NCBI RefSeq assembly: GCF_018336915.1
Contig: NZ_CP064923.1
Span: 540,998 to 564,997 of the forward strand
Source of the DNA: Acaryochloris marina S15
Lineage (GTDB): Bacteria > Cyanobacteriota > Cyanobacteriia > Thermosynechococcales > Thermosynechococcaceae
Direction: 5' to 3'
Length of the DNA: 24,000 bases
This document shows, one piece after another, positions 16,579 to 24,000 of this stretch. The position numbers were made by a program, and so were the translations under genes. The notes under the pieces were generated by a model. That model was not told where the DNA came from, did no database searches, and was given only the letters and a program-made list of their open reading frames with translations. Position 1 is the first letter of the stretch; each line of letters begins with the position of its first letter.

Positions 16579-17598
16579 ATGGGGAATCCTGTTTATGCTG
16601 AACGGAGAATCTGGGCCATGCTTTCCTTAGCCTTAGTGTTGATCGTGGGTTTAGGCAGTGTTGGGCTGTATTTAACAGCCTACGTCTATCCAGAAATTCA
16701 CCGCAAAACCGATGTCTGGTGGAGCGGTACGGGGCTTTTTTATGCTTTAATCCTGTTGATCTATCGCCGTCCTGTCGGCCTGTTGCTGGGGCATACGGCG
16801 AGTGTCGTCTTGTTGGTTTGGCTTAGCTACCAAGCATTACAGCGTCGATGGGCCATGGTAGAGGCTAATCCAGCGCAGCCAGACGATGGAACGTGGGGTG
16901 CTAAAGCCAGAAAGCTATCCGATCAGGTCCTTGCCAAGATTACTAGCCTGGATTGGCAAGGATTATGGGAAAAGATGGGCATGCAAGCGGATGACGGGAC
17001 ATCTGAAAAGTCAATTTTGCCCCCTGCCATCAAACAGCGTTTAGACCTATCAGGTCTAGGAGAAAAACTTAAAGGTATGATCAGTGGCAAGCAGACTGCT
17101 GAGGCTGATACACCCACTGAGACGGTCCAGCCTACTGAGATGAGTACACCTACAGTAGAGTCTCCTGCTGCAACAATAGCTGAGACCATATCAGAAGTAA
17201 CGTCACAACCGGGTGCAGCTACGGCTGAATCTATATCAGAAGTAACATCACCACCTGCTCCAGTGACTGAGTCTACTCCACCCGTTGCAGAGCCTGCGGC
17301 TAAGGATTCCCAACTTGAAGAACGAGTTGCTGCGACACCCGTGATGGTTGAAACACCTGCGACACCAGAAATAGAATCGCCTATCCCTGACGCCCCGACA
17401 GAGCGTTCAGCCCAGTCAGAAGAGGAGGCAGAGCCTGCTGCTCAGGTAGAGGTTGTTTCAGAAGCCCCAATAACTGTAGAACCCGATGCCAACAAATCTG
17501 AACTAGCGGCTGAGCTGGACCAAGTCATCTCTGACTTGTCTCCAGAAGGACAAGATGCTACTCCGAATCTACCTCAACCCCCTGATCCATTGGGGTAA
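16579..17598 (+). CDS. Ycf66-family membrane protein with long acidic/Pro-rich tail
   Basis: Hydrophobic N-terminal segments (VLIVGLGSVGLYLTAYVYPEIHRKTDVWWSGTGLFYALILLIYRRPVGLLLGHTASVVLLVW) resemble Ycf66_N; low-complexity E/P/T/A tail. Confidence 0.65.
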   Translation: MGNPVYAERRIWAMLSLALVLIVGLGSVGLYLTAYVYPEIHRKTDVWWSGTGLFYALILLIYRRPVGLLLGHTASVVLLVWLSYQALQRRWAMVEANPAQPDDGTWGAKARKLSDQVLAKITSLDWQGLWEKMGMQADDGTSEKSILPPAIKQRLDLSGLGEKLKGMISGKQTAEADTPTETVQPTEMSTPTVESPAATIAETISEVTSQPGAATAESISEVTSPPAPVTESTPPVAEPAAKDSQLEERVAATPVMVETPATPEIESPIPDAPTERSAQSEEEAEPAAQVEVVSEAPITVEPDANKSELAAELDQVISDLSPEGQDATPNLPQPPDPLG

Positions 17599-17700
17599 CC
17601 CTAGCCTTTCCTATCCTATGGAAGCGCTATGAATACTGACCGTTGTTGAATGGTAGGTCTCTTTAATCTAGATAAGCTTTATATCTGAATCATATTTTCT

Positions 17701-17805
17701 GAAGACCCTAACCGCGATGAGCTGCTCAGAATGCTGTAGCAAATTATAGAAGCAGACGGCTCGGACCTCGAACGATATGAGATGCAGGCTTTAGTTGAAA
17801 AATAG
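17701..17805 (+). pseudogene. Possible decayed small ORF with internal amber stop
   Basis: Reads EDPNRDELLRML*QIIEADGSDLERYEMQALVEK* with TAG at 17737-17739. Confidence 0.25.
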
Positions 17806-18239
17806 AGTCGCAACCTTAAGATTTTTGAGTAGATATTTTATGCCGTTGATAATGGCAGTCTCACAGCAGAGAATATCGTCGATCAGCCTGATCAATATAG
17901 ACCTGTAGCGCCTCACCTCTCTCCACAGATGAAGTGTAATTATGTGACAGTATGTAATGAAGTAAGAGAAGTACTGCTTCAACGTATTGTTGTTTGAGAA
18001 TCCCGATAATTTAAATAGCAATAGAGAAATCTAGAATCATATGACCATAGCTCTCAAAATCAAAGATGTATTGGAACGTGAAGGTAATCTATTCGCGACG
18101 GTACAAATCTGGCGATTCTTGTTGATTCTAGAGCTGGATAATGCCATGCTCACTCAGGGCTAGAAGGTGGCAAGAGTTACTGGGAATTATGCATTTATAC
18201 AGCAATATGCACCGTTAAATTTAAACAGATAATCCTGAA

Positions 18240-20048
18240 ATGAAAAAGTTCTTGAAGCAATTTCTATATATTTTAGCTGACCAGAAAGCAATGTTATTTG
18301 TCTTGCTGGCTGCTGTTTTAGGAAATGCTGTAATAGAAACCTTAGGTATTGGCCTGATTGGCCCTTTTATTGCTTTTGCGAGTGATCCCGAGTTAGTAGA
18401 GAAAACCATCGTTATTGGCCAAATCTATGACTGGTTGAACTTTGAATCTAGGGAAAGGTTTATTGCGGTTCTGGCCTTATTTATTATTATTGTTTTTTAT
18501 GTCAAGTCTTTTCTTAATTTCGTTATTCGGCGCTATATTTTTAACTTTGTTTATCAATACCAAGGTAAGCTGCGGATTCGATTATTAAGTGCGTATATGC
18601 AAATGCCATATACATTCCACTTAAAAAATAATTCTGCTTTTATGATTCAAAGCATCATGAATCATACGGTTAGTTTTTGTAATGGCATCTTGCTAGAGAT
18701 GCTGAATTCTTTTGTCAGCTTAACCATTATTACCTTTCTGAGTATATTGCTGATTTATACCAGCCCCATTGCGACAATCGTAATTGGACTGATTTTATTC
18801 GTCGTTTTTGCCATTATCTTACGATTGAAAAACACCCTTGCTCGATGGGGTAAAACGATTGCTCAGTCTCAGGCAGAGATGATTCGAGTGGTTAACCATA
18901 GCTTGGGGTCTGTGAAAGAGACGAAAGTGATTGGGTGCGAGTCCTTCTTTTTAGATCAACTCGATACTCAAGCCCAGCTCTATTCCACCTCTCTTAGCGA
19001 TTTCATGTCCTTCAATCAAATTCCACGCATTACGATTGAAGCCATGATTATGACCTTTATCTTAGGTTTTATCTCTTTTTCGATCTTAACGAATCAAGAT
19101 TTTCAAGGATTAATTTCCACATTAGGTATCTTTGCGGTCGTATCAATACGACTGATGCCTTTAGCAACACAACTCAGCAAGGGCTTAAGCGTTTTAAGAA
19201 GTTCAACATTTGTATTGGAAAAGCTATATCACGATCTCAAAGAACTTGAAAATTATCAAGCACTTATTGCCCCTTCCACTGATGTTGTCCCTCAACTCAA
19301 GTCGGCAGAATTGAATGGTAGTCTTGAGCTGCCTCAGTTGGAGTTTGAGAAGGAGATTTTATTTGATAAAATTTCCTTCCAGTATGAAGGTGCTAAAAAC
19401 CCTTCTCTAAATCAGATTCAACTTCGCATCAAGAAAGGAGAATCCATCGCCCTGATTGGTAAATCGGGCGCAGGAAAAACGACCCTGGTCGATGTGCTTT
19501 TAGGGCTGCTGACACCCACTGGTGGAGATATTAAAGTCGATGGCCAATCGGTTTACCACGATTTGAGAGCTTGGCAAAATTTATTGGGATATATTCCCCA
19601 ATCTATCTTTTTAATTGATGACACCTTAGAACGAAATATTGCCCTTGGCGTTCCCGATCACCTGATTGATGAGACTCGATTAAACCGGGCCATTGAGTTA
19701 GCACAGTTGTCGGAGCTAGTGCAGGAGCTTCCTGATGGTGTCAAAACCAATCTAGGAGAGCGTGGAGCCAATTTATCCGGAGGACAACGACAACGGGTTG
19801 GTATTGCCCGGGCCTTGTATCATGAGCGGGAAATTTTAGTGTTGGATGAAGCGACCTCTGCCCTTGACAATGAGACAGAAGCCTTAGTGTCAGAAGCGAT
19901 TCGCTCCCTGAGTGACTCGAAGACGATGATTATCATTGCCCATCGTTTAACAACGGTGGAGCATTGTAATTGCATTCATCTCATGAAGAATGGCCAAATT
20001 ATCCAATCTGGAACCTATGAAGAGGTGGTCTTGGCTGCTGATGATTAA
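18240..20048 (+). CDS. ABC exporter, fused permease and ATP-binding domains (MsbA-like)
   Basis: TM region followed by Walker A GKSGAGKT, signature LSGGQRQRVGIARAL, Walker B ILVLDEATSALD, H-loop AHRL. Confidence 0.95.
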   Translation: MKKFLKQFLYILADQKAMLFVLLAAVLGNAVIETLGIGLIGPFIAFASDPELVEKTIVIGQIYDWLNFESRERFIAVLALFIIIVFYVKSFLNFVIRRYIFNFVYQYQGKLRIRLLSAYMQMPYTFHLKNNSAFMIQSIMNHTVSFCNGILLEMLNSFVSLTIITFLSILLIYTSPIATIVIGLILFVVFAIILRLKNTLARWGKTIAQSQAEMIRVVNHSLGSVKETKVIGCESFFLDQLDTQAQLYSTSLSDFMSFNQIPRITIEAMIMTFILGFISFSILTNQDFQGLISTLGIFAVVSIRLMPLATQLSKGLSVLRSSTFVLEKLYHDLKELENYQALIAPSTDVVPQLKSAELNGSLELPQLEFEKEILFDKISFQYEGAKNPSLNQIQLRIKKGESIALIGKSGAGKTTLVDVLLGLLTPTGGDIKVDGQSVYHDLRAWQNLLGYIPQSIFLIDDTLERNIALGVPDHLIDETRLNRAIELAQLSELVQELPDGVKTNLGERGANLSGGQRQRVGIARALYHEREILVLDEATSALDNETEALVSEAIRSLSDSKTMIIIAHRLTTVEHCNCIHLMKNGQIIQSGTYEEVVLAADD

Positions 20049-20093
20049 TCAGCTTTAGAGCTTGGCTAGCCAAGCTCTAAATGTCAGAGAACA

Positions 20094-21050
20094 CTAACTG
20101 AGTTCTTTCTCTTGTCGTTCCAAGGCTTTGGGGGCGGTTTCTCTCCCAATTTGCCAGAGGGTAGCCGCGGCTTCATGGCGTTTGGCTGCTTGTTTGGGCT
20201 TGAAGGTCCCAATTTTGCCGAAGGCACGTTCGATGTTACTTCCCTTGGGTCCCTTCGCGAAGAGGTCGTTGTATATGTACCCCGAGTGCCGCTTATCAAT
20301 GTCAGCCAGATCGCTAAACTTCCAGGCACTGCGCAACAGGGAGACTCTTACGGGTTTAATGCTTTTACCCTTATCCAAGCCAACTTTAATGCTGATCATC
20401 TCTTCGCGGGTAATGGGCTGATCGGGTTTGAAGGTTTTATCGTCATAGCCCACTGAATAGCCTGCATTGGCTAAAGCTTGAACAACTTTAAATGCGGGAT
20501 GTTTGGCATCAATATCTGTAAACTCTGGGTCAAAAGTAGGGGCCAAACGGATCTTTTGGGCTGGGCGACTGATGGTGTTGTGGGCCTTGAACAGCCAGAT
20601 CATATATTCACCCCGAGAAATGGGATCGTAGGGCTGAAAGTTTTGATCGTCGGTCGCTGAAAATATCTCTAGTTTGATTAGATCAGCCAGGAGCGGCTGG
20701 GTGGGTAAATCGGCGATATCGTTAAAGGCGACGGCAGCGGGCCGGTTCGTCTCCGACTGTATAGGAGAGGCACTCTCTGGGTTGTCTTCTGATGTTTTGG
20801 CTACTATCTCTGAAACGGGCTTAGCCTCTTTGAGGGGATCTGAGCCGAGGCCGATTTCATCCTGTTGTTCTTTGAGATCTTTATTTTCGGCCTCAAGGTC
20901 TTGTAATTTGGACTTTAACTCAGCGACTTCATCTGCAGATTGGGTGGATTCTTGGTTGGCCTGGTTACATCCACCTATCAATAGCCATCCACTCAGTAGG
21001 GAAAGACTTAATAAGGAACGGAATGCAGGTTTCTTGGCAACGATCTTCAT
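20094..21050 (-). CDS. S-layer homology (SLH) domain lipoprotein
   Basis: Internal start MKIVAKKPAFRSLLSLSLLSGWLLIGGCNQ with lipobox; FNDIADLPTQ...FQPYDPISRGEYMIWL and FTDIDAKHPAFKVVQALANAGYSVGYDDKTFKPDQPITREEMI SLH repeats. Confidence 0.85.
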   Translation of the reverse strand: MKIVAKKPAFRSLLSLSLLSGWLLIGGCNQANQESTQSADEVAELKSKLQDLEAENKDLKEQQDEIGLGSDPLKEAKPVSEIVAKTSEDNPESASPIQSETNRPAAVAFNDIADLPTQPLLADLIKLEIFSATDDQNFQPYDPISRGEYMIWLFKAHNTISRPAQKIRLAPTFDPEFTDIDAKHPAFKVVQALANAGYSVGYDDKTFKPDQPITREEMISIKVGLDKGKSIKPVRVSLLRSAWKFSDLADIDKRHSGYIYNDLFAKGPKGSNIERAFGKIGTFKPKQAAKRHEAAATLWQIGRETAPKALERQEKELS

Positions 21051-21250
21051 GGGGAGATAAGCTTCAACGGAATACGATGGAACAAGAGTTTGATGTTGTG
21101 ATTCTGGCCTCAAGGATAAGCGAATCAATCTGGACTTGGTTCTTGAAACCAACGATCAAACCTCTCCCACCGTTTTATCCCTAAAATACTTTTTTGAGCG
21201 TGATCACTCTCACCCATATCAGTGATATCTAAGCTACCAGGACAGACACT

Positions 21251-22468
21251 TTGACCCATCCTGATTCATTTAACCCGGTTCTCTTTCAGCGAATTGTAGA
21301 CTGCATGAATACTGCTCCTCAGCAGAGAATGACCTTTGCTGAGTTTATGGAACTGGCTTTGTATGACCCTGAGCAGGGGTACTATGCGACGAACCAAGTT
21401 CAAATCGGAGTGGCAGGGGATTTCTTTACGTCTCCTCATTTATGTCCTGATTTTGGTGAATTACTCGCTGAACAATTTCTGGATATGTGGAGGGTGATGG
21501 GGCAGCCGAAGTCATTTACATTGGTCGAGATGGGGGCTGGTCAAGGCTTAGTAGCGGCTGATGTCCTTAAATATTTGGCGATCCGAAAACAATCTGCTGA
21601 TTCATCGGCTGGCTATGCAGCCTTTTGGGCCGCTTTGCGTTACATGATTGTAGAAAAAGCAGAGGGCTTAATAGCGGCTCAACAGCGATTGCTACAGCCG
21701 TTTCAGTTCGCACCTGACAAAGTGCAGTGGCTGAGGTTTGAACGGCTTCCCGAGGCGGGTACGGTGGGCTGCTTCTTCTCTAATGAGCTAGTCGATGCTC
21801 TACCGGTGCACCAATTTGTTGTGCAAGATGGTGCTGTGCAAGAAGTGTTTGTGACGATTGATGGTGATTCACAGTCTTTTATGGAGGTCTTATCAACCCC
21901 TTCAACAGATCATTTAGTAGAGTATTTAGCTGGGCAAGGCATCGATATTGGTGCGGGATATGAAGATGGATATCGGAGTGAGATTAATTTAGCGGCTCTG
22001 AATTGGCTGGAGACCGTCTCACAAAAACTGGAACGAGGGTATGTGCTGACGATTGATTATGGATATTTAGCACCGCAATATTACAGCCCCCAGCGGCACC
22101 AGGGCACTTTGCAATGCTTTCGTCGGCATGGTGCTCATCAAGATCCCTATGCCTATCTGGGACATCAAGATATTACGGCTCACGTTAACTTTACGGCTTT
22201 AGAAAAGCAGGGGTTGGCCCAAGGGTTAACTTCAATAGGCTATATCCAACAAGGGTTGTTTTTAATGGCGTTGGGCTTGGGCGATCGCTTAGTCGCCAAT
22301 AACAACACCTGTGATATCACTCAGCTGAATGAGGTGATTCGTCGGCGTGAAACCCTGCAGTCTCTAATCAACCCTCTGGGACTGGGTGGTTTTCAAGTCC
22401 TGATTCAAGGGAAAGGGTTAAATGAGAAGGAACAAAGTCAGGTATTGAAGGGTTTACAAATGCCTTGA
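21251..22468 (+). CDS. SAM-dependent methyltransferase, MidA/NDUFAF7 family
   Basis: MTFAEFMELALYDPEQGYYA...GDFFTSPHLCPDFGELLAEQ...LVEMGAGQGLVAADVLKYL...SNELVDALPVH...LTIDYGYLAPQYY. Confidence 0.9.
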   Translation: MTHPDSFNPVLFQRIVDCMNTAPQQRMTFAEFMELALYDPEQGYYATNQVQIGVAGDFFTSPHLCPDFGELLAEQFLDMWRVMGQPKSFTLVEMGAGQGLVAADVLKYLAIRKQSADSSAGYAAFWAALRYMIVEKAEGLIAAQQRLLQPFQFAPDKVQWLRFERLPEAGTVGCFFSNELVDALPVHQFVVQDGAVQEVFVTIDGDSQSFMEVLSTPSTDHLVEYLAGQGIDIGAGYEDGYRSEINLAALNWLETVSQKLERGYVLTIDYGYLAPQYYSPQRHQGTLQCFRRHGAHQDPYAYLGHQDITAHVNFTALEKQGLAQGLTSIGYIQQGLFLMALGLGDRLVANNNTCDITQLNEVIRRRETLQSLINPLGLGGFQVLIQGKGLNEKEQSQVLKGLQMP

Positions 22469-22487
22469 TGCACCTGGGTGAAGCCCC

Positions 22488-23996
22488 TTATTGATCTGAC
22501 GCAGTTTCTTGCCACCCTAATTGCACAGCTTGCTGTAACGCTAGATTCGCTGTTTCTGTCTGGTCCACTGCTTGTAAGGCTTTGCTGAGATTCACATAGG
22601 ATTGAGCTGCATAGGGAGAAAGCTGGATAGCGCGACGATAGGCTGAGATCGCACCCCCGTATTGCTGCTGTTGCATCAGTACTTTACCTAGACTGGTATA
22701 GGTTTGCGCAGTTTCTGGCAAGAGCCGTAATGTTTGGTGATACGCGGCAACTGCCTCCTGCCTTTTGCCTTGCTGAGCCAGGACATCTCCCCAGGTCTGA
22801 TAGATATTTAGTTCAGCGAGATGGGGCATAACGGTCTGTGTCCGTGTAACCTCGTCGTGACTGACACCGATGGCATCCTGATGAAGGGTATAGCCGATAG
22901 TATTATTTCCTAAACGATTAGCTCGATAGGCCTTTTGGATGACTTTGGGGGAGATGTCTTTGATTCTCTTTTGAAATAGTTGAGTATCGACCACAACTGG
23001 TTTAGACTCACCAGCCGCTGTCGCCCAGCAACGATGAGCCGCAAGATTCTGAGCATCAACGGCTAAAGCTTTTTGGCAGTACTGAGCGGCAACCTCTGTT
23101 TGCTGATTAGCGATCAGTAGATTTCCCAAACGGTTATAAGCCTGGACCTCTTGGTGAGACTCTTTCCGCAAAATGTCCAAGGCTTCTTGGGGCCGTTGCA
23201 GTTTGACTAGTGTTTCTGCAATGTCAATGTAGGCATATTTGTTGAGTTGATATTCTTGCCGAAAACTGGTTAAGGCTGTTTCTAGTTGGCCCTGTCTGGC
23301 TTGAACCTGGCCTAAGCAAGACCATACATCTGCCCGCTTCCGATTCACCTCAGCCTTATTGAGATGATGGGCCAGGAATTGGGTCTTGTTCAGGATTGTT
23401 TCAGCTTGACGGCAATTTTTCTCAGCCTGAGTCAATTGATTGGCCTTGACTAAATCCTTTGACTGTTCGATCAAATGCTGGACATTTGCCTTCTGGAATG
23501 GTTGGTCTGATCGAAAATACTGCTGCGATACTTCCTGGGCTTCGTTCGAGAGGTTTTGACCCACTAAAAAATGAATCAAGTCTTGGGCAATTAGTGGTTG
23601 GCCCATAGGGTCTGTCAGTTCAAGAGCCTTGCGAAATGCTGACTGTGCGGGTTCGATACGATTCAAGGAGTTGAGTCTGACTGCTAAGGCATGATGGGCA
23701 TAGTCATCCTTAACACCTTGTTTGGGGTGTTTACTATCTAGATCAAGCCATTGATGATAGGCGGCTAACGCATCATCTAAGTGATTTTCACGAACTAGAA
23801 CATCTCCCAGTAATCGGTGAGGATAACCTGGATAGGCTTTGGGCCGAGTCTGGGCAAAAGCACTCACAGCCTCATCTAACTGATTATGTTTCGCTAATGC
23901 ATTCCCTAGGTGTTCATAAATCAATCGATCTGGTTTTGCTGTAATAGCTTGGCGATAGGCTTTGATCGCTTCAGGTAAACGCTCTTCATGGTCCAA
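22488..23996 (-). CDS. Tetratricopeptide-repeat protein (possibly incomplete at window edge)
   Basis: Repeated 34-aa TPR units, e.g. ETAQTYTSLGKVLMQQQQYGGAISAYRRAIQLSPYAAQSYVNLSKAL; no clear N-terminal start inside the window. Confidence 0.85.
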   Translation of the reverse strand: MDHEERLPEAIKAYRQAITAKPDRLIYEHLGNALAKHNQLDEAVSAFAQTRPKAYPGYPHRLLGDVLVRENHLDDALAAYHQWLDLDSKHPKQGVKDDYAHHALAVRLNSLNRIEPAQSAFRKALELTDPMGQPLIAQDLIHFLVGQNLSNEAQEVSQQYFRSDQPFQKANVQHLIEQSKDLVKANQLTQAEKNCRQAETILNKTQFLAHHLNKAEVNRKRADVWSCLGQVQARQGQLETALTSFRQEYQLNKYAYIDIAETLVKLQRPQEALDILRKESHQEVQAYNRLGNLLIANQQTEVAAQYCQKALAVDAQNLAAHRCWATAAGESKPVVVDTQLFQKRIKDISPKVIQKAYRANRLGNNTIGYTLHQDAIGVSHDEVTRTQTVMPHLAELNIYQTWGDVLAQQGKRQEAVAAYHQTLRLLPETAQTYTSLGKVLMQQQQYGGAISAYRRAIQLSPYAAQSYVNLSKALQAVDQTETANLALQQAVQLGWQETASDQ

Positions 23997-24000
23997 AGAT

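Noticed and set aside
1-24000. CRISPR array or long direct-repeat arrays
   Set aside because: No regularly spaced direct repeats of 24-40 nt seen by eye; the only repeated motif with spacing is the 11-nt T-arm core.
1-24000. Transposase / IS element or integrase near the RNA repair locus
   Set aside because: No transposase, integrase or paired terminal inverted repeats recognised in any listed ORF; mobility of the locus cannot be claimed.

Overview
24 kb cyanobacterial chromosomal-type window; gene content (psbY, ycf66-like, omega-3 desaturase, PEP-CTERM protein, lipA) is Acaryochloris-like, which is an inference from protein character only. Most of it is ordinary: HAD phosphatase, TM2 proteins, XRE regulator, desB-like desaturase, gamma-class carbonic-anhydrase-like protein, psbY, HhH protein, lipoyl synthase, ABC exporter, SLH lipoprotein, MidA-type methyltransferase, TPR protein. 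The region that stands out is 7275-10615 (+). It contains two tandem tRNA genes or tRNA-like genes, a third isolated T-arm-like element, about 330 nt of highly structured non-coding sequence, and a same-strand gene set of SPFH/Band-7 slipin, P-loop polynucleotide-kinase-like protein and Thg1-like 3'-5' tRNA polymerase. Kinase and Thg1 overlap by 4 nt. Both tRNA-like units are genomically encoded with a C1:C72 mismatch, the type of 5' defect that Thg1-like proteins can repair, and the first has a shortened anticodon arm with no normal anticodon loop. The structured RNA between the tRNAs and slipin also carries two short stretches resembling the conserved P4 strands of bacterial RNase P RNA. SPFH/Band-7 RNA-repair modules with a cognate tRNA-like RNA have been proposed from comparative genomics. 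The self-mismatched tRNAs, structured/RNase P-like RNA and kinase+Thg1 without a visible ligase are the parts that merit follow-up.
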